Positions 25,901-33,389 of a stretch of DNA of 34,553 bases are shown here, piece by piece; positions within the stretch are counted from its first letter, which is position 1, and each line of letters starts with the position of its first letter. The stretch is from a virus (taxonomy: Duplodnaviria > Caudoviricetes): positions 1 to 34,553 of the IMG/VR virus record IMGVR_UViG_3300017766_002912; one strand, given 5' to 3'. The position numbers were made by a program, and so were the translations under genes. Under the pieces are notes generated by a model. The model made no database searches. It saw only the letters and a list, made by a program, of their open reading frames with translations, and was not told the DNA's origin.

Positions 25901-27598
25901 ACAAATGTTCCTTTATATTCTGTCTTTGGGTTTGGAACTGCGGCATTAGCAGATTTAACATTTAATGGTAGTGGAAATCTTTCTTCCGTTTCTATAGTTT
26001 CTACGGGAAATGGATATGCAATTGGTGACGTTCTAGGTATAACCACATCTTCTGTTGCTAAAGGAAGAAATGCGCTAATATCGGTCTCTTCTATAGGAAA
26101 TAATATTGATACTTTATACTTAACGAATGTTCAAGGTGAAGAATTTACTAATAGTTCTAAACTTCTTTATAGAAACAGTGGCGATACTGCATATGTTTTG
26201 GCTGGAACTGCAACTATTGTTGGTGGATCTTCTGTCATAAGCCCATTATATGAAGGAAATGTATTTAAAGTTTCTCAAAGAAATCATGGAATGCATGGAA
26301 ATGGCAATAAAGTTTCAATTAAAGACATAAATTCTGATTCTCCAGTGGTTTATTTGACTGCAGATTTTGGAGTAAATGATACGACATTATTTGTTTCTGA
26401 TGCTACTTCATTTACAACATTTGAGGGTGTAACTGTATCTACTGGATACATCAAACTTAATAATGAAATTATGTATTACAACAATGTTGATACTGGAACT
26501 AATACACTGTCAATAGGTACTAGAGGAGTTGATGGAACTTTAATTAGACCTCACTATTCCGGAAACTTTGCCAGAAAATATGAAATTGCTAATGTTTCTT
26601 TAAGAAAAATCAACAAAACTATAGATTTACCTACATCTTCAACAAATCCAACGTTAAAAAATGCCACGGATTTAGACTTTTATTATTTGGAATTTGATAG
26701 GGGAGATAGAGCTTCTGGAGATACTCAAATTAGTTTTAGTATTGAGAAGAATGTTGGTGGGGATATTGCAAAAATATCCCAAAATCATCAGTATAGTTCT
26801 ATTACACCTCAGTTTAATATCATTACACCTGGAACTGGCACGGCAGTTTATGGATCTTTAAGATCTGTAAGTGGAACTAGTGCTGGAGGAAACGAGGCTT
26901 CATTTATAGACCAAGGATTTGAAGATATTCAATTAAATGCAATAAATTACTTAAATACTCCAAGACTAGTTTGTTCACAAATAAATGAGTCTAATAGTCT
27001 ACCTAGTTTGCCAAAGAATAAATCCGTTTCTATCAATATTGTAATGGAGAGAGATGAGAATGATTATTATCTATCTCCAGTTATTGATTTACAAACAGCA
27101 TATATGACTTTTGGTAGAAACAGATTGAATAATCCTATTCTGGATTATGCATCTGATAGTAGAGTTAATCTTAATTATGGAGATCCTCATAGTTCGATTT
27201 ACATTTCAAATAGAATTGATTTAAAACAAACTGCAACTAGTCTAAAAGTTTTAGTTTCTGCATGTAGACCATATGGAGCTGACTTTAGAGTTCTTTATAA
27301 ATTATTTAAACCTGATTTAATTGGCGTTGATCCATCTTATGTTCTTTTCCCAGGATATACTAATCTTAGAGATACTAATGGTGATGGTTTTGGAGATGTG
27401 GTTATTGATCAGTATTTAAATGATGGACGCCCAGATGCAAAAGTTGGAGAAAGTTCTGATGGAGAATTTTTAGAATATCAATTCACTGCAGATAATTTAG
27501 ATCCATTTACTGGATTCGCAATTAAGATTGTGATGTCTTCTACAAATGAAGCATCTAAAATTAGATATAAAGATCTTAGAGTAATTGCTTTAGCATAA
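19967..27598 (+). CDS. Large virion structural protein, VrlC/DUF4815-like, 2543 aa
   Basis: PYYDDFD..F.RVLFKPG.PVQARELTTLQSILQ, APGADRLKI, YTMRDVGKLEDRI, GFFVDDF, DPLSQTF, GSLFKSQNG, C-terminal DLRVIALA. Confidence 0.85.
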   Translation: MAQKFNLNINPYYDDFDKDDNFYRVLFKPGYPVQARELTTLQSILQNQIESFGSHIFKEGSMVIPGSITYDDKYFSVIVDPTHFGTEISLYISELIGKKVQGQTSGAIGVIKNFSLPPDDGVDNITLYVKYISSGDDFTTSRFISEESLVLLEENIVYSGITINFGNTVATVSSGNSTYTGSAVNLDKGVYFIRGIFIEVPNSVVILDPYSNLTSYRVGLTIQEELISSFDDSSLNDNAKGFSNYAAPGADRLKITAFLSKKLLNDYDDKNFIEIVRIQNGTIKKIQDTTTYSLIKDYIAKRTYDESGDYSLNQFDIEVLESLNDRISNNGVYYENETTQSNGVPSEDSVCIKVSPGKAYVRGYDVTVPSSVLIDVPKPRDTKTRDNTLVPFNIGTLLKVNNVYGNPYINLTDSDNIINLYNQRSSSTSSGTGTLIGKARVYSFNLSDAPYTNSSSSWDLYLYDIQTFTRLVINETPADNLVVGSYIRGSNSGASGFVNSINGKEVYLIQTSGKFSVGESFYINESLFNSRSIVYIQDYTSDDIKSVWQDCTTISSGALATDFVADTILGSKISYGFSLSDQITITPSGVVSCAGRNFLGIRSDTIIQYQIPGNTLETFNKVVSVSSDGLSMTVTSCPNVANVCNGSLPGITTSIPFKVGVTDIRNNSKYPLYSPLFDRNISEVNLSSANLVVTSQIDSLSTDASGTLTSNVTNTGISNSFFENFDADRYSLFYSDGTVEDLTYDQFSLNNDGTQLTITGLSPNQTSNVSLNATLRKSTVQNAVKTYVRSETLIVSNTASGYNSNVTGLTSSFWYGTRVEDLEISLNVPDATNVVAVYESLDAQTPSLDSLTIVASLGLDTKSVIGEKIIGSSSGAVAQLVTRDSSSKVSFVYLNSNIFQIGETITFDESGIITEIQIIEKGNYINRTNNFILDKGHRQEYCDYSRIVRKDSSGAPSKKLLIVFNYFDVLGNNGGDVVTANSYDVQRFSNDVPILPSGIRSTDTLDFRPRVVKYISGSGSPFDFNERVFETSISPSSIKSGESSLIGYNYYLPRIDRVVLNSLGQVSVIAGTSSDTPKLPVNVEDAMDLGSIEFPAYLYNVRDAKVKLIDNKRYTMRDVGKLEDRIKNLEIVTSLSLLELDTKTLQIQDSDGLTRFKSGFFVDDFKTRSLVDFKNPDTKVDIDTNNREMSSCTDNWSMKAEVASQLNIDISVLDFSQNIPLIDSNTSKTGDLITLNYIEEGWIEQPLASDVENINPFSVVEYIGNIKLSPASDNWVRNIYTTEGRLVSTGAENISDYVESIQINSDVDPYLRSRNYSFVADSLKSFTQHYPSLDDVSSIDVIPKLLEITMVSGSFTSGEDVEGFIGDRKVIAFRTAVSNHKFGPYDEPLRIYNKSPYDRNVTVPTSYSASSTLLNIDIESLTEESLTLYGGYITTEVILIGKTSKASAKVSNIRLISDEVGYIVGSFFIRDPNFNPPFKYKSGQKLFKLSSISPGTTVLPGDITLSSTGFGVFNSTGIIQTQTTNVVQVRYEPTELPPPPEQEVNIEYVYVPTQSTSTTTPTTTVTPTVTSTTKKNDVIYVNSRGTVYGDYNQNLLVNLYYGDNPKNKDIKDLAKAAGIKNLDIGSNGNISQKQGNKIRNFVADKRDLNLSSVVSIKSPKSLGGQGAKVGDKIALPIAQQLLASNSGSTAGNTATTRSNNNSNKQTNQNNTSNNNKKCKKNDPLSQTFTTEPGNGFFLTSVDLFFATKDPVEQVTVQLRTVELGTPTDLLVQDYSKVILDSEDIVVSDDASLATKVTFPSPIYLQGDTEYAIVLLSPTTDKYQVWTGTMGRKTIESKNLPDVESVVIGRQYLGGSLFKSQNGTIWSPNQYQDMKFKIYRAKFTSQRGQVVFYNPSLPFSDQPLDNNPVTVLPRKLKVGISTTNTLGTILTVGRKVSEGPNIGNPGPYGYIEKIGGPLDLGGSGVSISNIGVGYSSGTYTNVPLYSVFGFGTAALADLTFNGSGNLSSVSIVSTGNGYAIGDVLGITTSSVAKGRNALISVSSIGNNIDTLYLTNVQGEEFTNSSKLLYRNSGDTAYVLAGTATIVGGSSVISPLYEGNVFKVSQRNHGMHGNGNKVSIKDINSDSPVVYLTADFGVNDTTLFVSDATSFTTFEGVTVSTGYIKLNNEIMYYNNVDTGTNTLSIGTRGVDGTLIRPHYSGNFARKYEIANVSLRKINKTIDLPTSSTNPTLKNATDLDFYYLEFDRGDRASGDTQISFSIEKNVGGDIAKISQNHQYSSITPQFNIITPGTGTAVYGSLRSVSGTSAGGNEASFIDQGFEDIQLNAINYLNTPRLVCSQINESNSLPSLPKNKSVSINIVMERDENDYYLSPVIDLQTAYMTFGRNRLNNPILDYASDSRVNLNYGDPHSSIYISNRIDLKQTATSLKVLVSACRPYGADFRVLYKLFKPDLIGVDPSYVLFPGYTNLRDTNGDGFGDVVIDQYLNDGRPDAKVGESSDGEFLEYQFTADNLDPFTGFAIKIVMSSTNEASKIRYKDLRVIALA

Positions 27599-27599
27599 T

Positions 27600-27800
27600 A
27601 TGATACCAGTAGAAGGAAACAAACATCTATTCAGAGATGAAAACAGTGGTGCTATTGTAAATATTGATACAATAGGTCATTCTCAATATATTAAAATGAG
27701 AGAAGATAAAAGAAAACAAAGAGAAGAAATTGATCAAATAAAAGATGACATTAACGAAATAAAATTATTATTAAAGGAGATTATAAATGGATCCAAGTGA
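27600..27800 (+). CDS. Conserved hypothetical T4-like phage protein with C-terminal coiled coil, 66 aa
   Basis: VEG..LFRD..SGAIVN motif. Tightly packed after the VrlC-like gene. Confidence 0.8.
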   Translation: MIPVEGNKHLFRDENSGAIVNIDTIGHSQYIKMREDKRKQREEIDQIKDDINEIKLLLKEIINGSK

Positions 27801-27957
27801 AATTGAATTGCATTCTATAGATGCTTTATTTGAATATGAAAAACATTCTAGAGTGATTGATAAATTAGATTCAGATGAATTGAAACTTTTTGCTAAACTA
27901 TATTATCGTTTATATTTGAAGCAACAAGAGACTATAAAAAATCTTGGAGTTATTTGA
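27787..27957 (+). CDS. 56-aa helical protein, possibly NblA-like; not in ORF track
   Basis: AAGGAG upstream. Translation MDPSEIELHSIDALFEYEKHSRVIDKLDSDELKLFAKLYYRLYLKQQETIKNLGVI. The CDS is well supported; the NblA assignment is tentative. Confidence 0.7.
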   Translation: MDPSEIELHSIDALFEYEKHSRVIDKLDSDELKLFAKLYYRLYLKQQETIKNLGVI

Positions 27958-27958
27958 A

Positions 27959-27966
27959 TATAAATA
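27959..27966 (+). promoter_or_regulatory. T4 late promoter TATAAATA
   Basis: Exact consensus, intergenic, upstream of 27994. Confidence 0.85.
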
Positions 27967-27993
27967 TTTTTTGGTTAGTCTATGGTTTCGTAA

Positions 27994-28335
27994 ATGGCAG
28001 CAACATATGTAGCCAACCTTGTCATTAATCAAAATGCAGATTTTTCTGAAATTTTTAATCTTGAAGACGTTAATACGGATTCTGCATTAAATCTAAGTGG
28101 ATATACTGTTTCTTCTCAGTTAAGAAAGCATTCTGCTAGTTCACATTATGTTTCTTTCAATGCTGAAATTTTTAATGACGTTAATGGGCAGATTAAAGTT
28201 GGACTAACAACTACACAAACATCTTCATTAAAGCCTGGAAGATATGTTTATGATGTTGTGGTAGTTGATGATCAGGGAGTTACTAAAAGAGTTGTTGAGG
28301 GTATGGTTTTGGTAAGAGAAGGGTCGACAAGATAA
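27994..28335 (+). CDS. Small beta-sandwich virion protein typical of cyanomyoviruses
   Basis: NL.I.Q.ADF, LNLSGYT..SQLRK, LKPGRYVYDV, RVVEG. Late promoter upstream. Confidence 0.75.
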   Translation: MAATYVANLVINQNADFSEIFNLEDVNTDSALNLSGYTVSSQLRKHSASSHYVSFNAEIFNDVNGQIKVGLTTTQTSSLKPGRYVYDVVVVDDQGVTKRVVEGMVLVREGSTR

Positions 28336-28374
28336 ATTGCAGTATATAAAGAACGGTAATTTAGGAGTAAAATA

Positions 28375-29205
28375 ATGGCAAAACCAGCATCCAGGCAACA
28401 ACTTATAGATTACTGTCTAAGGCGCCTGGGTGCCCCTGTATTGGAGATTAACGTTGATGATGACCAAATAGACGATTTAGTTGACGATGCCCTACAGTAC
28501 TTCCAGGAGCGTCACTTTGATGGCGTTGAGAGAATGTACCTGAAATATAAAATTACCCAGCAAGACATTGATAGGGGAAAGGCTGCTATTCCAAGTGGGA
28601 CGGGAATAGTAACTAGTACAGCAGTTTCAACAACTGGTCTTAGTTTTAATTGGTATGAAAGTTCAAATTATATACAGATACCAGATTCTGTAATTGGAAT
28701 AGAAAAAGTATTTAAATTTGATACTAGTTCTATCTCGGGAGGAATGTTTAGTATTAAATATCAGTTATTTTTAAACGATCTGTATTATTTCAATTCCGTT
28801 GAATTATTGCAGTATTCTATGGTTAAATCTTATCTAGAAGATATTGATTTCTTACTAACTACAGATAAGCAACTTAGATTTAATAAAAGGCAGAATAGAT
28901 TATATCTTGACATTGATTGGGGATCACAAAAAGAAGGTAATTTTGTAATATTAGATTGTTATAGAATATTAGATCCTAATAACTTTACTAATGTATATAA
29001 TGATAGTTTCCTCAAAAAGTACTTAACTTCACTAATTAAAAAGCAGTGGGGACAAAACTTAATTAAATTTAGAGGCGTTAAACTTCCAGGTGGAGTTGAG
29101 TTGAATGGTAGAGAAATGTATGATGATGCCGAAAGAGAATTAGATAAGTTAAAAGAAGTAATGGCATTAGAACACGAACTTCCACCATATGACTTTATTG
29201 GATAA
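28375..29205 (+). CDS. gp13: Neck protein gp13
   Basis: LIDYCLRRLGAPVLEINV, HFDG, QWGQNLIKF.GV.LPGGV.LNG. Confidence 0.95.
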   Translation: MAKPASRQQLIDYCLRRLGAPVLEINVDDDQIDDLVDDALQYFQERHFDGVERMYLKYKITQQDIDRGKAAIPSGTGIVTSTAVSTTGLSFNWYESSNYIQIPDSVIGIEKVFKFDTSSISGGMFSIKYQLFLNDLYYFNSVELLQYSMVKSYLEDIDFLLTTDKQLRFNKRQNRLYLDIDWGSQKEGNFVILDCYRILDPNNFTNVYNDSFLKKYLTSLIKKQWGQNLIKFRGVKLPGGVELNGREMYDDAERELDKLKEVMALEHELPPYDFIG

Positions 29206-30587
29206 TGGCACTTAATCCCTTTTTTCTAAACGGTTCTCCAGCAGAACAAAGATTCATACAAGATTTAATTAATGAACAACTTAAAATTTATGGTATAGAT
29301 GTAACGTATATACCAAGAAAATTTGTTCGGGAAGAAACAATTATTGAGGAAGTGACTTCTTCCAAATTTGATGATTCATTTTTACTTGAAGCATATATCA
29401 ATACTTATGAAGGATATGGTGGTTCTGGAGATATACTTACTAAATTTGGAATGAGTTTACGTGATGAATTAACTTTAATAATTTCAAAGGAAAGATTTGA
29501 AGATTTCATATCTCCATTTTTAAATGATATGGATGATATAGCAATTTCAAATCGCCCAAAAGAAGGAGATCTTGTATATTTTCCTTTAGGAGGAAGATTA
29601 TTTGAAGTTAAATTCGTTGAACATGAACAACCATTTTATCAACTAGGAAAAACTTATGTATATGAAATAAAGTGTGAACTCTTTGAATATGAAGATGAAA
29701 TCATTGACACTTCTATTCAGGAAATAGATGAGAAGATAGAAAATCAAGGATATATTACTACATTAGAATTAATTGGATATGGTTCACCAGCATATGCAAC
29801 TGCTGAAATAGGTACAGGATATATTAGGAAAATATATTTAAATAATGATGGTTACGGTTATAAATCTGCACCAACAGTTACAATAACTCCACCATCTGAT
29901 GGAGGAACAATTGCAACTGCTGTGGCATCTATTCGTAGAGTTGGAAATTCATATTCAATTGATGAGATTTTATTAAAAAATGCAGGAATTGGATACACCC
30001 AAACTCCAATAATAACAATTAGTGGTGGAGGAGGAACTGGAGCAGCTGCTACGTGTTCTATTGAAAAATATGAGTATGGTGTTGTAAGTATAAATGTCAC
30101 TGATGGTGGAGTTGGATACAGTACATTACCAACAATAACAATTACTGGAGCAGCAACTACTTCAGCAAAAGCAGTTGCCGTACTTGGTAATAACAATAAT
30201 ATTAATTCTATATTACTTGAAGATTGTGGATTGGGATATAATTCCGCTCCAGAAATTACTATAGCATCTCCACCAGTTATCACTGGAATAGGAACTTACA
30301 AATTTAATGAGGTTGTTGTTGGATCACAATCTCAAGTTGAAGCTAGAGTTAAAAATTGGGATTTGGATACTAAGACTCTTAAAGTTTCATTTGTTGCATC
30401 AAATAATCCCAATATTAGATTTTATCCAGGTGAGTCTATTATAGGTCAAACGTCTGGAGCAATTTATTCAGTAAGCTCCTACGAAACTATGGACTTGTAT
30501 GATAAATATAGTGAAAATAAACAAATAGAACAAGAAGCAGATCTTATTCTAGATTTTTCAGAATCAAATCCATTTGGTATTTACTAA
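29205..30587 (+). CDS. gp14: Neck protein gp14 with internal repeat insertion
   Basis: YIPR, LTKFG, RPKEGDLVYFP, LFEVKFVEHEQPFYQLGK, C-terminal DFSESNPFG. Confidence 0.93.
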   Translation: MALNPFFLNGSPAEQRFIQDLINEQLKIYGIDVTYIPRKFVREETIIEEVTSSKFDDSFLLEAYINTYEGYGGSGDILTKFGMSLRDELTLIISKERFEDFISPFLNDMDDIAISNRPKEGDLVYFPLGGRLFEVKFVEHEQPFYQLGKTYVYEIKCELFEYEDEIIDTSIQEIDEKIENQGYITTLELIGYGSPAYATAEIGTGYIRKIYLNNDGYGYKSAPTVTITPPSDGGTIATAVASIRRVGNSYSIDEILLKNAGIGYTQTPIITISGGGGTGAAATCSIEKYEYGVVSINVTDGGVGYSTLPTITITGAATTSAKAVAVLGNNNNINSILLEDCGLGYNSAPEITIASPPVITGIGTYKFNEVVVGSQSQVEARVKNWDLDTKTLKVSFVASNNPNIRFYPGESIIGQTSGAIYSVSSYETMDLYDKYSENKQIEQEADLILDFSESNPFGIY

Positions 30588-31384
30588 TGCTAGGAACTTA
30601 TTTCTACCACCAAATAGTTAGAAAGACTATAATTGCCTTCGGAACTTTATTTAATGAAATTTATATATTTCACAAAAGTGCAGATGGAGATAATATTAGT
30701 CAAATAAAGGTTCCCCTAGCGTATGGACCAACACAAAAGTTTTTAGCAAGAATTCAACAGCAACCTGATTTAAATAAACCAGTTCAAATAACATTGCCAA
30801 GAATGTCATTTGAGATGACTTCTATTCAATATGATCCAACTAGAAAATCAAATGTTACCCAATCCTTCAAAGCATCTGACGGGCAAAATTTTAAAAAGGT
30901 ATATTTACCAGTTCCTTATAATATTGGATTTGAACTTAATATTTTAACAAAATTAAATGATGATGCTCTACAAGTTGTTGAACAAATATTACCATTTTTC
31001 CAGCCATCATTTAATCTAACAGTTGATTTATTAGATTCTATAGGAGAAAAGAGAGATATACCAGTAACATTAAATAACATATCTTTCCAAGATGACTATG
31101 AAGGAGATTTTTCAACTAGAAGAGCATTGATATATACATTACAATTCACAGCAAAAACATATCTATTTGGTCCCATTGCAGAATCTACAGAAGGTCTTAT
31201 CCGCAAGGTTCAAGTTGATATGTATTCCAGTACTGATGTAACTACTGCAAAGAGAGAAGTTAGATACACAGTTGTTCCCGATCCAATTGATGCTGATCCT
31301 GGAGATGACTTTGGTTTTAGTGAAAATTGGGACTTCTTTGCAGACTCTAAAACTTATAGTCCAACTCAACAAACTGATATATAA
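30587..31384 (+). CDS. gp15: Tail sheath stabiliser / tail terminator gp15
   Basis: YFYH..RK....FGTLFN, VPLAYGP.QKFL, LPRMSFE, PVPYN, EQILPFFQP. Confidence 0.95.
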   Translation: MLGTYFYHQIVRKTIIAFGTLFNEIYIFHKSADGDNISQIKVPLAYGPTQKFLARIQQQPDLNKPVQITLPRMSFEMTSIQYDPTRKSNVTQSFKASDGQNFKKVYLPVPYNIGFELNILTKLNDDALQVVEQILPFFQPSFNLTVDLLDSIGEKRDIPVTLNNISFQDDYEGDFSTRRALIYTLQFTAKTYLFGPIAESTEGLIRKVQVDMYSSTDVTTAKREVRYTVVPDPIDADPGDDFGFSENWDFFADSKTYSPTQQTDI

Positions 31385-31401
31385 TAAAACGTAATAATCT
31401 T

Positions 31402-31812
31402 ATGGGTGAAGAAATAATCAATTCACTTGAAGTGGAAAGTAGTATTGTTCAATCTAAATCTAATGAATCTTTAGAAATAATCAATCCGATTAGAGATGAT
31501 TTAAAAAAAGATTATGAGTATACTCGTGCTAATTTATATTCCTTAATTGAAAAGGGACAGGAAGCAATTAATGGAATAATGGAGTTAGCTGGTGAAAGTG
31601 ATTCACCTAGAGCGTATGAAGTTGCAGGTCAATTGATTAAAAGTGTAGGGGACGTAACTGATAAATTGATAGATCTTCAGAAGAAATTAAAGGATGTTGA
31701 AGAAGAAACCGTAAAAACTACTAATAACGTAACAAATAATGCAGTATTTGTTGGATCAACTTCTGATCTTTCAAAACTTCTAAAGCAAGGTTTTCTAAAT
31801 AATAAAGAGTAA
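31402..31812 (+). CDS. gp16: Terminase small subunit gp16
   Basis: DYEYTRANL, ESDSPRAYEV, VFVGSTSDL. Confidence 0.93.
   Translation: MGEEIINSLEVESSIVQSKSNESLEIINPIRDDLKKDYEYTRANLYSLIEKGQEAINGIMELAGESDSPRAYEVAGQLIKSVGDVTDKLIDLQKKLKDVEEETVKTTNNVTNNAVFVGSTSDLSKLLKQGFLNNKE
31795..31801 (+). promoter_or_regulatory. Possible late promoter CTAAATA at the end of gp16
   Basis: TAAATA core 23 nt upstream of GTG 31825. Confidence 0.45.
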
Positions 31813-31824
31813 TACTTAATAGTA

Positions 31825-33075
31825 GTGCAAAATATAAAATCCCACAAAACAGTTGAACAAATTGCAAAGAAGCATCGTCTTGATGTTTCCTTTGTGAAGA
31901 AGCAACTTGAAATGGGAATTCCTATTGAGCACGAGCATACAAAAGACAAAGATTTAGCAACTGATATTGCTTTACAACATTTGGACGAAATACCAGATTA
32001 CTATACAAGACTTAAAAAAATGGAAGCATCTGCTAGAAAATCCCACAAAAAATATAAAGATGTATCTGAAGGAAAAAAAGGTCTTTGGGATAATATTCAC
32101 GCAGGTAGAGAAAAAGGTCTTCCACCTAAAAAACCAGGAGAAAAGGGTTATCCAAAAACTTTAGATATTAAAGAAGGTATAAAACAAGCACGTAAAAATG
32201 TTGGTGCTAGTAAGTGTTGGACTGGTAAAAAACTTGGAAACCCACCAACTAAAATGAAAGGTGGTAAAGAAGTTCCAAACTGCGTAGCAAAAGAAGAATT
32301 ATCTTCAGGTCTAAATTATGACTGGGATACTCCAATTCGTGAAAGACCAGATAGATATTGCCCCAAATGTGAAAAACTTGAAACAAGAAGTGAGTGCAAA
32401 TATGGACCAAGATACTGGGATATGTTTTCTATTCCGGCAGAAATAATTTCAAGTAAAAAAGACTATAATGTAACTATGCCTCATCCTGGAAATTTTCCAG
32501 AGTCATATGATCACGAATATTCTATGGCAAGGTCAGAAATTTCTACAATTATTTCTGCGGCAAAAAGATTAAAGAAAAAAATGAAGGGTGAGGGAAATAT
32601 TGAGGCGTGGGTACAATCAAAGATTACTAAAGCAGCAGATTATCTAGATGCTGCAGCAGATTATGTAGATAGTGGCGAAATGAAAGAAGAATCTGAGAGT
32701 CTTGTTCTACAAGATTTGAATGGTAATGATTTCGTAGAAATTATAGATGTGATCAAACCACACCCAATTAGAGTTAAAAAAGAACAGTTTTCTAACTGGA
32801 GAAAAGAACTCTCAGAAGACTGGCAATCAGCAAATCGTAAAGATAGAACTGATGGAATGAGTCGTGAAACAGTTAAAAAATATCGTGATGAAAATCCAGG
32901 ATCAAAACTTCAAACTGCAGTAACAGAAAAAAATCCAACAGGAGAAAGAGCAGATCGCCAGGATGCATTCTGCCGACGTATGAATGGAATGAAAGAGAGA
33001 CTCACATCTAAGAAAACCGCAAGAGATCCAGATTCAAGAATCAACAAAGCCCTACGCCGTTGGAGGTGCAGATAA
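31825..33075 (+). CDS. Modular Lys/Glu-rich protein (DUF5661-like N-terminus), putative capsid-internal polyprotein
   Basis: MGIPIEHEHT...IALQHLDEIPDYYTRL N-terminal module, followed by several short unrelated-looking modules. Confidence 0.7.
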   Translation: MQNIKSHKTVEQIAKKHRLDVSFVKKQLEMGIPIEHEHTKDKDLATDIALQHLDEIPDYYTRLKKMEASARKSHKKYKDVSEGKKGLWDNIHAGREKGLPPKKPGEKGYPKTLDIKEGIKQARKNVGASKCWTGKKLGNPPTKMKGGKEVPNCVAKEELSSGLNYDWDTPIRERPDRYCPKCEKLETRSECKYGPRYWDMFSIPAEIISSKKDYNVTMPHPGNFPESYDHEYSMARSEISTIISAAKRLKKKMKGEGNIEAWVQSKITKAADYLDAAADYVDSGEMKEESESLVLQDLNGNDFVEIIDVIKPHPIRVKKEQFSNWRKELSEDWQSANRKDRTDGMSRETVKKYRDENPGSKLQTAVTEKNPTGERADRQDAFCRRMNGMKERLTSKKTARDPDSRINKALRRWRCR

Positions 33076-33386
33076 TGAAAAGTTTTCAACAATTTTTATC
33101 AGAAAGTATTACCATTAACGGCGATTTTAATGGAACCCTAAATGTTGGTTCTTCGCAACCAGAACAAGCAACTGAATCTTTCTTTGCTGATGTAGTTTGG
33201 GAAGGAAAATTATATCGTATGGAAGTTGAGGGGAAGGAAATGACTAGAAATGAACTTGCAGAACAACTTCAAGGTGAATATCCTGGCGCAATTGTTCATA
33301 ACATTTATCCAGCACCTAACCAAGGTTCTTTAAAAATTAAAAACACACAAAGATATCAACCAGAAAAATTATCGTGGGGTGAGTGA
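33075..33386 (+). CDS. Hypothetical protein, 103 aa, with capsid-targeting-like N-terminus MKSFQQFLSE
   Basis: ATG overlaps the upstream TAA (TAATG), with GGAGG upstream. The N-terminus resembles the T4 internal-protein signal MKTYQEFIAE. Confidence 0.75.
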   Translation: MKSFQQFLSESITINGDFNGTLNVGSSQPEQATESFFADVVWEGKLYRMEVEGKEMTRNELAEQLQGEYPGAIVHNIYPAPNQGSLKIKNTQRYQPEKLSWGE

Positions 33387-33389
33387 TTA

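Noticed and set aside
6349-27598. Inteins, introns or homing endonucleases as the cause of the very long genes
   Set aside because: I recognised no intein splice motifs and no LAGLIDADG, HNH or GIY-YIG signatures, and the frames are uninterrupted. An HMM scan would be needed to exclude them fully.
4473-33092. Numerous minus-strand and off-frame ORFs of 60-141 aa inside structural genes
   Set aside because: All are nested in long conserved + strand genes and have no RBS or recognisable motif. They look like antisense shadows of codon bias.
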